Assembly: GCF_000143415.4 (NCBI RefSeq)
Contig: NW_003314316.1
Coordinates: 688,669-752,668, forward strand
Source: Selaginella moellendorffii
Lineage: Eukaryota > Plantae > Lycopodiophyta
DNA length: 64,000 nt
Direction: 5' to 3'
In this document: piece after piece, positions 52,364 to 64,000 of the stretch
Layout: the number at the start of each line of letters is the position of its first letter
Numbering within the stretch: the stretch's first letter is position 1
Made by a program: the position numbers and the translations under genes
Notes under the pieces: model-generated
The model's input: only the letters and a program-made list of their open reading frames with translations
Database searches by the model: none
What the model was told of the DNA's origin: nothing

Positions 52364-53597
52364 CATTTACAAAAGCTTCGACCTAAAAAGTCAAGAGTGG
52401 GAGTGGAACTATAAATTAAGTGCTCAAGGGATGAGCATGAAGCAATTAGTGAATGAGTCTCCAAAAAGGGACACAAGAAAGACTGATACATGGCAAATGT
52501 TGTGACATATGGAACTATCAGGAACAAGATGGAATCTGAGATGGAGTCAAAGATGGACCCAAGATGGAGTCTGAGATGGACCCAAAATGGAGTTCGAGAT
52601 GGACCCAAGATGGAATCCAAGACTAAGATTGAGACCGAAACCAAGTCTAAGTCTGAGCCCGAATTCGAGTCCAAATCCAAGTCTAAGTCTAAGGGTGAAA
52701 GCCCAAAACAATTATCTTCTATAAACTTTAGGAACTCCAAAAGTATAGTAAGGGGAAGATTTCAGTGGTGCTAATTTGGCCAGGAAAAGTAGTGTGACTA
52801 AAAGTATATCCACATGTTGGATGATGGTATAGCCATTAAAGAGTCCAAGGTTAAATATAAGCTTCTAAGTTAAGACTTCCCGGGAGGTCACCCAACCTAG
52901 TACTATTCAAACCTAAGAACACTTAACCTTAAGTATCTCAAGACCCTTAACTGATTGAAAAAAGGGGTGCACTATTATTCATAGGCCCTTTCCCTATATA
53001 TTTGAACTTTATGGATCGTATCTCAAGTCATTCCTTTTGATTGCTTACACTAAAGTTGAAAAGTCCTTTTATGTAGTGACTAAGGATATGATCACATGGT
53101 GAAGAAGTTTTAGATATCAGTGGAACTTAACGGTCAGCCCTTTAAGCCTTGACTTAGTGACAATGTTGGCAAGTATGGCTGTGGATGGGGACTTGGTGGG
53201 AATTAAAAAAAGAATATTAGAGAAGGGTGTTCCTCATGTTTTCCAGCATCTTAAAGATGCTAAGATGTGGTCATAAGATGACCACTCATAAACAAATCTT
53301 TAAGAGATGGGTTTGTAATGTAGGTGGTCTTAAACCACTAAGGTGACAAAAATGAATGGGCATAGCTTTAACATAATAGATTGATATATTGGTAGTACTT
53401 TTGGGTGTTGGTCATAAGATGGAATAAGTGAAACATTTGAACCAAGTGCAAAGGCTAAGTGGTATAGATGTTATTTATGGGGCTAACAATTCCCTAAGTC
53501 CGGAGTAGAACTTATGGAGGTTGTGAGTGAAACTCCTCTAAGTGGTTAAAGGTGTGGTTAAGTGATTTAAGTAAAATGGAAAATTTAATTACTTACA
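52364..53597 (+). mobile_element. Decayed, 5'-truncated family A LTR
   Basis: GAGATGGA repeats, GGGTGAAAGCCCAAA motif, terminus AATTACTTACA. Confidence 0.78.
52856..53049 (-). mobile_element. Cassandra-like solo LTR nested in family A LTR; 5S-derived segment 52874-52927
   Basis: TSD TTAAA/CTAAA; about 45/54 nt match to the angiosperm 5S A-box/IE/C-box region as I recall it. Confidence 0.82.
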
Positions 53598-53907
53598 TTT
53601 TAATGTTGTTTTAGTCTCTATAAAACATTAGGAAATATATATACACATTCATCTTTCAAGTGACATAAATCTTATGTTGTGTTGATGATAGCTCACACCA
53701 TCTTTTATAAATCCACCCCAAAGCAAAAATCTAGATAGTGACAATCAAGTGTGGGACATGTGGAATCTAACAACCTCTGCAAATGATTTGCTAGGCATAA
53801 GATTGTGACTTTGTGGTAAAAAGCATAGTAAATCTTCCACCAGCTTTTGAAAGGACATAATACTGGCATTGGGAATCTTGTCCTGTCAAATGTAGGTCTT
53901 TGATTCC

Positions 53908-55488
53908 ATGCCAGATCAGATCCTAGCATCCTGGAATTCCTTGCTGGCAAGCATGGCATCTTGTTCCTCTTTCGATGACACAAAGAGGGTGTTTGATTCC
54001 ATGAAGAGAAGGAATCTTTTCTCTTGGACAGTGATGCTAACGGGATATGCCCGAACTGGGGATCTGGAGGGCATGAACGCTTTGTTTGGTGCTATGCCCG
54101 AGAGGAATCTCATGTCATGGACGGTCGCAATTAGTGGGTTTGGTTCCAACGGCAAGATCCAGCATGCAAAGAGTCTGTTCGACTCAATGCTAGAGTGGAA
54201 TCTCGTTGCCATGAATGCGATGCTCGCGGCATTTGTCCAGGAAGGCTATCTCCAAGAGGCCAAATCCTTTTTCGATCGGATGCCTGAGACAAATCTAATT
54301 TCCTCGACAACGTTGCTGCGAGCTTACGCTCAGGAATCACAAATCCTCGAGGCAAACCGCTTGTTTGATTCAATGCTGGAGAAGAATCTCGTCACCTGGA
54401 CGACGATGGTAGCCGCATTTGGCCAGGATCCTCTTCTTCTGGGTGAAACAAGAGATCTCTTTGATCGGATGCCAGAGCACAACATTGTGTCATGGACAGT
54501 GATGCTGACGTCATACGGTCGCGCTGGCCACGTCACCCAAGCACAGGGCATCTTTCATGAAATGCCTGGACGAGACCTGACAGCGTGGAATGCCATGCTG
54601 GCAGCATTCGCCCAAGATGGGCAAATCTTACACGTAATTAACTTGTTTGGGAAAATGCCTGTGCATGACGTAGGATCCATGTCAGTCATGGTAGACACTC
54701 TGGCACGGTGTGGGAAGCTTGAGGAAGCAAAGGAAATATTTGATCAGGTCCGCAGCTGGTGCATCTCCTCTTGGACGTCGATGATCTTTGCATATACCTC
54801 GTTCGGGTATTTTGAAGAAGCAGAGGCTTTATTTTATACAATGCCCGAAGTAGATACCATAGCCCAAAACGCATTTATTTCATCTTTAGCACTTAATCGT
54901 AAACTTGCTAGTGCAGTTGGTGTTTTTCACAGGGCTAACCAGAGAGACGTAACAACTTGGAACATAGTTCTTTCTGCATTTGCCCGCGATGGTCATCTGC
55001 AAGAAGCGGAAAAAGTCTTCCGATCGATGCCGGAGCGCGATTTCGTGAGCTGGAATTCAGTGCTGGCGGCATTTGCGGGGCAAGGCAAGCCAGCCCAAGC
55101 GATCGGATTCTTCTTCGAGCTTCAGCAGCAGTGGATCCCCAGCGCAATCAGCGTTGCTTGCTTCTTGGTTGCCTGCGGCCGGGCGGGGAACTGCGTACTG
55201 GGCATCTCTTGCTTCAGATCCATGGCATGGGACTTCGGATTGGAGGCAACCAAGCAGCACTACAGCTGCGTGATCGATCTCCTGTGCCGGGCAGTCGTTT
55301 TGGCGAATGCCCAAGCCGTGATTGCTGAAATGCCCAGCGTTCCTGATCTTGTAGATTGGCATTGCATGCTCGCGTTTTGTTCCAGTGACAAAAACGTTGA
55401 GCAAGGAAGAGTGTGTGCCATGTCTGTTCTTGAGATGGAACCAAACAACGCTGCTGCTTACGTCTCGTTGTCACAAACATTGATCTAA
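53908..55488 (+). CDS. PLS-class pentatricopeptide repeat protein (526 aa) ending in a partial E domain, no DYW
   Basis: ~31-aa repeats (FD.MPE.NLVSWT.M), HYSCVIDLLCRA, LEMEPNNAAAYVSLS. Confidence 0.88.
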   Translation: MPDQILASWNSLLASMASCSSFDDTKRVFDSMKRRNLFSWTVMLTGYARTGDLEGMNALFGAMPERNLMSWTVAISGFGSNGKIQHAKSLFDSMLEWNLVAMNAMLAAFVQEGYLQEAKSFFDRMPETNLISSTTLLRAYAQESQILEANRLFDSMLEKNLVTWTTMVAAFGQDPLLLGETRDLFDRMPEHNIVSWTVMLTSYGRAGHVTQAQGIFHEMPGRDLTAWNAMLAAFAQDGQILHVINLFGKMPVHDVGSMSVMVDTLARCGKLEEAKEIFDQVRSWCISSWTSMIFAYTSFGYFEEAEALFYTMPEVDTIAQNAFISSLALNRKLASAVGVFHRANQRDVTTWNIVLSAFARDGHLQEAEKVFRSMPERDFVSWNSVLAAFAGQGKPAQAIGFFFELQQQWIPSAISVACFLVACGRAGNCVLGISCFRSMAWDFGLEATKQHYSCVIDLLCRAVVLANAQAVIAEMPSVPDLVDWHCMLAFCSSDKNVEQGRVCAMSVLEMEPNNAAAYVSLSQTLI

Positions 55489-55688
55489 ACTCCCCGCCAC
55501 GATTTGAAATTAGGGTGTAATTTTGAAAGCCCTAATTCTGATGTGGCGCGCATTTATTGGTAGTGGGAATGGATGCACCAATTGGCTTATTCTTACTTTG
55601 GAAGGAACCCTAGAAAGGGATTCTCCACGATGCTAGCACCGAGGCGATAGCGCGGCGCCTGGGCCTTGATTCCTGCCCTCCTCCAACG

Positions 55689-58619
55689 ATGATCGTGAGA
55701 TTCAAGCCCCTGGTAGGCGATTCGCGACAATGCAGCACCAAAATCCTCACCGCCTCGCTGAAATCGCTGCTCCGGTTCTGCGAGGGCAAGAGCACGCACT
55801 GCAGATCGCTGCCATGGCGGATGCCGTCTGGAAGCCTCATAATCTCCAGCCGGGGCAAGAATCTAAGCGGCCATTCGACGCCCGCGATCTTGATCAAGCG
55901 CAGGAATTTCGAGAGTGGGAGTAGCAGCGGCGATTCGTCATCGTCGATCAAAACGGAGACGCGGTGCCCGTCCTGCGATGCCAAGATCTCGATTCCTGTC
56001 TCGTCCGGATCCTCGTCGTCGGCAACGTATCTCCACGATATCTTCGGCAAGCGCGGCTACTCCTTCGAGCAGGCTTGCCCTCACTGCGGGGCAATGTGTT
56101 CCATCGGGCCACTGGAATTCGCGGCCGGATGTGCGCAAGATCCCAGGAGCAGCAAGGAGAAGGAGCAAGAACAATCTTCTCCTCCTCGTCCTTCCTCCTC
56201 CATGGACGATCAGCTCCGCGGCTGGGTGAGGAAGATGATCAACAATGCATTGCTGGAGAAGGTGTCGTCGTCATCGCCATCGTCTTCTTCTTCGTCGGCT
56301 TCCGGTGGTGGTAAGAATGACGGTGGAAGGGACTCCAGGGAAAGCTCCGGGGGCATGATTCCTGTGGAGCCACCGTCACCTCCCATTCCACCAGACACCC
56401 ACGTCACGCGCTCACTCAAGAAATCGTCCAAGCACAACTCTGGATCGAGCTACTCGCTGGGTGACACGAGCCGGAGATGGGGTGGTTCCAATCTCGGGAG
56501 GAATTTGCCTTCTCCTCGTGAGATCTCCGAGGAGCTTGACAAGTTCGTCATCGGCCAGGACCGAGCCAAAAAGGTGTGATGGTGCTCGTGTTCTTGCTTT
56601 TATCTTACGTTTGGTTGTTCTTCTCTTCCAGGTGTTGTCTGTGGCAGTCTATAATCACTACAAACGGATTTACTTTGAGAGTTTAAGAAATGAAGCTGCC
56701 AAAGCCGCTTCTATGGGAGAGTACGCAACATTTTTTCTATTCCTATACCAACAAGTGCTTGCATCGTTTTTCAGATCAGAGGAATTTGATGAGAGCGTAG
56801 TGTCGAATGCCAATGCGTCTGGAGACGATGAAGTTGAGCTTGAGAAGAGCAATGTGCTGTTGCTCGGTCCTACTGGCTCTGGTACCGATGCTTTACACAA
56901 GATTCCATGCAAGCTCACCTTGATTTTTTGCAGGGAAGACATTGTTAGCTAAGTGCTTGGCAAAGTTTGTGAATGTTCCCTTCATAATTGCAGATGCTAC
57001 GACGCTCACACAGGCAAGATTCAATCAACAAATTTTCTAAGATGCAAGTAAGGAAATTTTGTTTGAGCTTGGTTCGTTATAAAGTATTGGCTCCTTAGGC
57101 AGGATATGTTGGAGAAGACGTGGAATCTATCCTTCATAAACTTCTTGTGGTATGTTTGGGATACTATTACCTGGTCCTAAGCTTTTTGTCTTTCACTAGG
57201 CGGCCGAGTTCAACGTAAATGCAGCTCAGCAAGGAATAGTCTACATTGACGAAGTCGACAAAATTACCAAAAAGGTATGATCAAAATCCATTTTTCTTTC
57301 TTTCTTTCGGCCTGACTTTTCTCCAGTGCAGTCAGAAAGCCTCAACATTGGAAGGGACGTGAGCGGTGAAGGTGTTCAACAAGCACTGCTCAAAATTTTG
57401 GAAGGAACTGTAAGGAGCTGAAATTCTATTCTCATTGCAAAGGCTTCTCGGGTAATCAACTCGTTCAGTGAGTGTGTACAGATTGTTAACGTCCCTGAGA
57501 AAGGAGCTAGAAAGCATCCTCGTAGCGATCACACCCAGGTTTGCTGTGGGGTTCTATCTTTCAGCTTTGATTTATTTAACCATGCCTACTTTCAGATTGA
57601 TACGAAAGAAATCCTTTTTATATGCGGGGGAGCTTTCGTGGATCTGGAGAAAACGATTGCTGAGAGGTTGGTGGTTGCAAAGACTTTAGTTATCGTTTTT
57701 ATCTAAAGCAATATCCCAGGAGACAAGATTCGTCCATCGGTTTTGGGGCACCAGTGCGAGCCAATATAAGAAATAACGGTGGTACAACCAGTGCGACGGT
57801 TGCTTCATCATTGCTTGAAAAGGTTCGCTTTACGGCTCTAATATTTAGAGATCTCTCTTTTCTCTTGAGCAGGTCGAGAGCAGTGATCTCATTTCATATG
57901 GATTGATACCAGAGTTTATTGGACGCTTTCCAGTGATTGTGAGCCTTTCCGCTTTGAACGAGGATCAACTTGTCCAGGTTAGTGAAATGAGTTATACTTT
58001 ACAGCATACTTTTTCCTACTTTTGCAAGCGAGCAGGTTCTCATGACGCCTAAGAACGCATTGGGCAAACAGTACACCAAGCTCTTTGCAATGAACGACGT
58101 AAGAGATGTCTCAAAAATTTCCTCCTCCATGTGCCGATCCGCTTTCTTTCTCTGTTAAGGTGAAACTTCACATTACCACTTTAGGACTGAGAAGGATCGC
58201 TCAAAAGGCTATGGTCAAAAACACAGGTGCCCGTGGCTTGCGTTCTATCCTGGAGCAGCTCCTCACGGAGGCAATGTTCGTTGTGAGTCGCTAACTTTTT
58301 CTTCGAATTGGAAATTCATACAGACTTTGTTATTCCAAGGTTCCCGACGGTGATATTGGAGCTGCCAAGATTGATGGAGTGGTGATTGACGGTGCTGCCG
58401 TTGGCACACCGGATGGCCAACCAGGTGCCGCCAAGATTCTTCGCGGAGACAACGCGCTCGAGATGTTTGTAGCCAAGCACCTTGAAAACGAAGAAAAGGT
58501 CGGAAGCTCTCAAAACTTTTACGTTTTCTCATCTCATCTCCCAGAGATTTCACGAGAAGAAATCCAGAGACTCTGGAGCAGCATTGGTGGTGGTAGCCGG
58601 AGGGAACAGGCATTGTTGA
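55689..58619 (+). CDS. CLPX: Mitochondrial-type ClpX AAA+ chaperone, multi-exon with short introns
   Basis: CPSC/CPHC zinc motif, [57 protein letters not shown]; stop TGA inferred at 58617-58619. Confidence 0.92.
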
Positions 58620-59005
58620 AGACTTTTTCACCTTTTTATTTTTATTACAAGGCATACAAGCTTTAAGAGAAAAAAGTAGTGTTTTTTTTCCTTTTGGTTC
58701 TTCTGTACAGAATAAATGGGTGGCTTTGACGGACCAAAATAAACAAAACGGATTGTTAGCTAGCGACGAAGCTTTACACTGAAAAACCTGTCGTCGTGCC
58801 GTGTCGGATCATCGACTCTAAATCTCGTAGAAAACCTTGGCCTTCACATCACGATTGAAAGAATAAAATCCTTTCGGTCACAGCCTGGATTAGACAAAAT
58901 CTTTTCAAAGCCACGTAAAGAGAAGAGAGTAAACGTACCCGGAAGTAGCAGTAGAAGCCAGGAAGAAATCCATCTCTCCTGCTTTTGCTTGAAAGAGATG
59001 AAACT

Positions 59006-61878
59006 TCACACAGACCTCACTTCACCACCGCCTGGCCTTTGCTTGTCCGCCGAGAAATCGCGTGACTTCTCGTACACGTCGCCAAAGGGGAGATCAAACT
59101 GGCCGCCACCATCGTTGTCAGCGTGAGTGCTCGTGAAAGAACTCCGTGACGGTCTTCGCAGCCAGTCACTGTCCTGGTCCTCCTCACTCTCGCTGTCCTG
59201 CGGTAAGGTTGCTCCCCGAAACACTGGAGGCTGGAAGATGCTCTCCCCGTTCATGGCCGAGCCACCAGCTCGCCGTGCCCACCATCGACTCTCGGTAGCA
59301 GCCCGGTCGCTTGTAGTCGCCTTTACCAGATTCCTGCCAGCTTCAGCATATCGCTGCAGCTCTCCGGTATTGCTTTCGCCACCACTCTCACGTTCAACCT
59401 GTTCCCCCATTGGTATCGCGATCTCGTAGCCTTGCACGGACTTGGACGTGTAGTACTGGTCGAGCCAGTACATCTGATCCACCTGGACTAAGTTGCTGTT
59501 GGACAGTAGGACGAAGTCGTTTCTCGTGCTCTGCCTCATGCTCGCGCGGAGAAGTGGATGCCGAGAACTCATGCCGTCCCTGAAGATTCCTGTCTGGTGC
59601 AGGATGGTGGATGACAATGAAGGGATCGACATTGGGTGCGTTGCGGGATCTTCGTGGCGCATTCGGAACTGAGCAAGAAGATTTAGGAACTGTTTTCCTT
59701 TGGCGTCGGGTTCCCAGTTTGGATAGTTGCTCTTGAAGCTGCAGCACGCAGTTAGCACAACTGATAAAAGTGATGTTTCGGTTACCTTAGAAACGACTTT
59801 TCCATCTTTCCTTGGTTGCTCCTTCGGTCTTTGGCTGTAAAACACGGGGAACCATACTTCATGTTCCCGTGGTGCTCAAAATCAAATACTGCAAGGCTGC
59901 AAACATCGCCTACGCCAGATAAATTGACAGTGAAGTCCTGAACAAACTGCAGCACATCATCGACACACTGCACACGGAGAGCTAACATCAATGCACGATA
60001 AACATGCCATATAGAAGTACCTCTGGGAGGAGAACAATAAGGATAAAAGGCGTGACGAATATTGAAATCATTTCCTCCAGCAGCATCACACCCGTATACT
60101 GAAAAGACGTTAGGAATTAGCCTAGACCGATTCATGAGCTTAGCCTCCACAAACCTGAAATAATTTTTCAAATTCCAGCCGTATTCTGATCGTATACTCG
60201 GCTCCCCTCCAATGTTTTGGCATGTAATGCGTATGCTGTGCTACATATCTCATGAAGCCTTCTGGATCAAAGACTTGGTTTTCGTCGGCTGTGCATTGCT
60301 TGCTGATTGCAGTTATAGTGCCGAAAACAGCGGCCATCCATAACAAGTTGCGCCCAAAGAGCTAAGAGCAAAAATAAAGAGTCAAAACTTATTCAAATTA
60401 GAGCACAGTCTTACCTGAGCTTCAAGGAGAGATTCATCCAAAAACGCGATAATAATTAGCACGGCTGCTAGTCCGCCGGAGACAAAAGACACGAACTTTG
60501 CAACCTTTGAAACAATTGGAGACGGAAACTGTTTAACGTACTCGACTGCCGGTTTGTAGCTCGCATTAAGCCTTTGATTAAACATATGCTCCAGCTGCGT
60601 GCAGCACACACCACGTTTAAGATCGTTGAGCATTTAGAAACAAAGAAGTTTACCTCGTTGAACTCACGGAATGTCCACTTTGCTAAGTTGGACCACCGGC
60701 GGGAGACAGCAGAGCTTGGGTGATTGTAAAACTGCTCGGCATGCCTCAGGAAGAAGAATACCAGCATAAATATTATCAAGAAGGGAGACAACAAGAGCAT
60801 GCACAGCCCGAATGTTCTCAAGCGCTTCTTTAACCGATGAGGATTGTTAAGAAAGTCTCTTTGAATGGAGAAGCGCCTGAAAGAACGGGAACATTGTGAT
60901 TAACAGACCCACACTGAACACTTCGTTTTACCTGTCAAACATATACTGAAGTATGCACCAGTTTAGACTCCACTCGAGGGTCTTACTGAGAAACAGCCGC
61001 TTCCGCACACCCTGAGGACCACGGGCAACAGTCAGCCCGACTCCCGGCACCCAGTGTGGAAGAGGAAGCGCAAAAACGCCCTTGTTCACCATCCCAATCA
61101 GATAATTCTCCTTTCGCATGATGCGCATCACAATGTCGTGAGCCGAGAGATGCCGAACTATACACAGCCTCTGCTGCACAATTCTCTCCAGAACCACCGG
61201 CCACAAGGTGGTCTGTATCTCGTGTTCCGTAAGGCACAAACTGCAAGAATACAAGCAAACAAGTGAATCCACAGTAGAGTTTGCAATGATAGAGACAGAC
61301 CTTGTGTGGTAAAAGTCCCGGATCTCCAGAGTTTCCTTGAGCTGTGTGAAGAACCTCAGGAAACAAAAGATCCAGTAGAGCGAGAACAGAACCAAGTACG
61401 TGACGACCATAAACCTGTAGAACGTGAGAGGCTGTAGCGGATGCTCGTAGAGCGCCTCCTTTGACAAGTCGCAAGGAGCAGTCCCAGCTTCCGCCGCAGC
61501 AATCCCACACTTGGCAGTCCGGAGGCCATGCCAGTTGACGAAGAGCAAGAAAAACCCCGAGAACAAGATGGTGAAGGCCAGGCACAGCAGCTCCAGAACC
61601 CACTGCGTGACAATGCACCAGAACCCCTGCTCGCGATGGTACTCATAGAGCCGCACGAAGAAACGATCCAAGTCCGAGACCGCATCAAACTTGAGGCTCT
61701 CCTCCTTCATAAAATCCACCGGACTGGAAGAATCATCGCCGGGTGGCGGTGCCGGCGGCGCCCCTGGCAACTGCTGGTAATCGTTAAGCTCCACGTCTCC
61801 TTGCCTCTCCACCATGAATCCTTCGTGAATTCCTTCATTTCTATGCATACTACGCCCTGTGCTAATCACCTCGTACAT
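59006..61878 (-). CDS. ATG9: Autophagy-related protein 9, multi-exon
   Basis: DLDRFF.RLY.Y, AKCG, LSAHDIVMRIMRKENYLIGM, RRWSNLAKWTFREFNE, HTHYMPKHW, GVGDVCS, KMEKSFL. Confidence 0.93.
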
Positions 61879-62323
61879 ATTTCTCCTTCATCCATCCCAT
61901 TCCTTTGTTTCCTCCGCGCTAGCCTCTTCTCCTCCCTGTGGCATCCAGCGAGCAATCGGCGGCCATGGCGGAGGAGCGGCGACGACGATTCCCGGCCCTC
62001 TCTCCAAAAACCCTAACCTTTTGGCGAGTGGCGGTGATCCAGCCGGTGGCGCGTCGATCGATCAGCGGCGGCGGCGCTTCCTTCCCTCAAACCGGCGCTC
62101 GAGGCGACGATTGAGCGCAATGCCTACACGCGACGACAAGCATCGAGAGAAAAAGAGGTATAGAATTTAGGAGAACCATTTTGGTTAAACACAACCCCAC
62201 GCGCTTACGTGTCGCGTGCCCTAACAACGTGGCACGTGGCGTGCCATAATTGGCGGCCGGCCAAAGCCGCCGCCACAGGAATCGAACCCCCACCCTCCAC
62301 GAAAACTCTTAACCCGAGTCAGC

Positions 62324-64000
62324 TTAAATAACCACGGAGTTTGGAATGACCGCGTCTTTTATCACTGTCACGATCCCACAATTGATGAAGAAACCGTCGG
62401 TTTCTCTGGCGGCTTCCTGGACACCATCTTTGTTTATGATCTGCAAAAACGACGAGCAAACACAGATTTTTTTCTCTTCCTTGAAACATCAAAGACAACG
62501 AGATCTTGCCTGAACGTTTTGTCCAATTCGCGCGTTCTTGTCCACAATTGCTCGCCTCACCACACTGCCTTTGCCGATGCCAACGGGGACCCCTCCTTTT
62601 AGTAGAAGAGCGTCTCTTTCCTCGTCAGTCTAGAGAGAAGCATCGTCAGAAGAAAGAAAAACTATAAAGAAAAAAAGATTGCAACACCTCACAGAAGAAC
62701 AAACTATAAAGAAAGAAAGATTGACACACCTCATAGAAGTCGGCACCCATGAGCAGTGCGTCTTCCACCAGCGCATCCTCGGCTATCCAGGACCTCAATC
62801 CAATCACCGAGTGGTGGATCTTACAGCTCTGCGTCGCGTTCGTTAAAGCTTATCTTCTTTGCCGCATTTGAAAAAACAAACCTTGATGAGGCAGCCTTCG
62901 CCGATCACACTGTCAGTCACGTCCGCATCGATGAGTTTCGAGGGAGGTAGAAACCGTGCTTGAGTGTAGATCGGAGCCGATCTATCATAGAAGCTGGAGC
63001 AAGACGAAAGAAAAGTTAGCAGAATGAGCACTCACGACAACAAGCTTCTAGTACCTGAAGTTTGGAACGGGCTTCTTTGTGAATCCTAAGTTGGCATGGT
63101 AAAATGCCTCTATAGTCCCTATGTCTTCCCAGTATCCATCATACAAATACGCTTGCACCTGCAACGAACAGAGTATTGTTTAAGTCACGTTCGTTTCGAT
63201 CCCTTCAGAGCAAAAACAAACCTTCATGCCAAGCTGTGTGGCGCCAGGAATCACTTCACTTCCAAAATCGTTGCAGTTAGGAAATTCATCACGAAGAAGC
63301 CTGCTCATGACATCCTTACTCACCACATAAATACCCATGCTTGCAATGTAAGGCATCTCTTTAGCTCTTTCCGGATCCAGACCAAGAATTGTCGTGTCCA
63401 CCTGCAAGAGCAGCATAGCATTATTGTTTCGATTCTAGTCAGCGAAAACAAACGACAATAAATATACCTCCATAGCCTTGAGAGCACTTCCTTTCGGCTT
63501 CTCAGAAAACTCTGTGATCCGGCCTTCGTCATCAATCTTCATCAAGCCAAAGGCAGTCGCGCGCTTCTCGTCCATAGGCAGTGCAGCCACCGTGATGTCT
63601 GCATCGGTGATCCGGTGAGCTTGAATGAACTTCTGGTAGTCCATGCGATAGAGATGATCTCCAGCCAGAATCAAATACTCCATCACAGGCTGCTCTTCAA
63701 AAAGCCACATATATTGTCTCACAGCATCAGCGGTTCCCTACAAAAACAGCTTCAGCTGGAACTGCGAGAACTTAAAAACTTTGAGAACAATTACCTGAAA
63801 CCAGTTAGGATTCTCGGGACTTTGTTGAGCAGCGAGAACCTCCACGAATCCTTCGTTCTTGTAGTTTCCCATGTTACTGGAATAAGCTCGCGATAAGTGA
63901 CGGTTCAACGATGCCGAGTTGAACTGCGTGAGAACATAGATCTTCCTGATGTTGCTGTTGATGCAGTTGCTCACGGGGATATCGATGAGGCGATAGTTTG
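62324..64000 (-). CDS. APS1: ADP-glucose pyrophosphorylase small subunit, 5' part outside window
   Basis: [60 protein letters not shown]; stop TAA at 62324. Confidence 0.93.

Larger units (their letters stand above)
17216..58115. repeat. Tandem segmental duplication: ~17216-31200 vs ~33950-58115
   Basis: Same order and orientation of Gypsy relic, CCDC86-like, PAL, PPR, ClpX; offset ~25.9-26.9 kb across the genes. Confidence 0.92.

Noticed and set aside
52874-52927. Functional 5S rRNA gene
   Set aside because: Only ~54 nt of the internal control region, embedded in a TSD-flanked LTR
47655-64000. Biosynthetic gene cluster around PAL
   Set aside because: Neighbours (PPR, ClpX, ATG9, APS1, CCDC86-like) are not tailoring enzymes

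Overview
Eukaryotic plant nuclear DNA, most likely a lycophyte such as Selaginella. That is an inference from ~50-90 nt introns, intronless GC3-rich PAL genes and short-repeat PLS PPR genes. Positions 1-17 kb are nested LTR retroelements: two near-identical copies of a non-coding Gypsy-derived element with 1.7-kb LTRs carrying an 11/12-bp minisatellite. Positions ~17-58 kb are a ~26-kb-offset tandem segmental duplication of [Gypsy relic - CCDC86/CGR1-like - PAL-like - PPR - ClpX]; the left copy is largely pseudogenised and each copy has its own TE insertions, several with the empty site visible in the other copy. The window ends with single-copy ATG9 and the 3' part of an AGPase small subunit gene. 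Main observations: (1) both PAL-like proteins have a remodelled aromatic pocket (parsley numbering S109I, F137V, L256F), and the left copy keeps a full ORF but has lost catalytic Tyr110; (2) three Cassandra-like TRIM insertions whose LTRs carry a 5S rRNA internal promoter; (3) a composite LTR containing a second poly-G PPT and a nested 964-bp TG..CA LTR; (4) a small Helitron-like insertion with its empty site.
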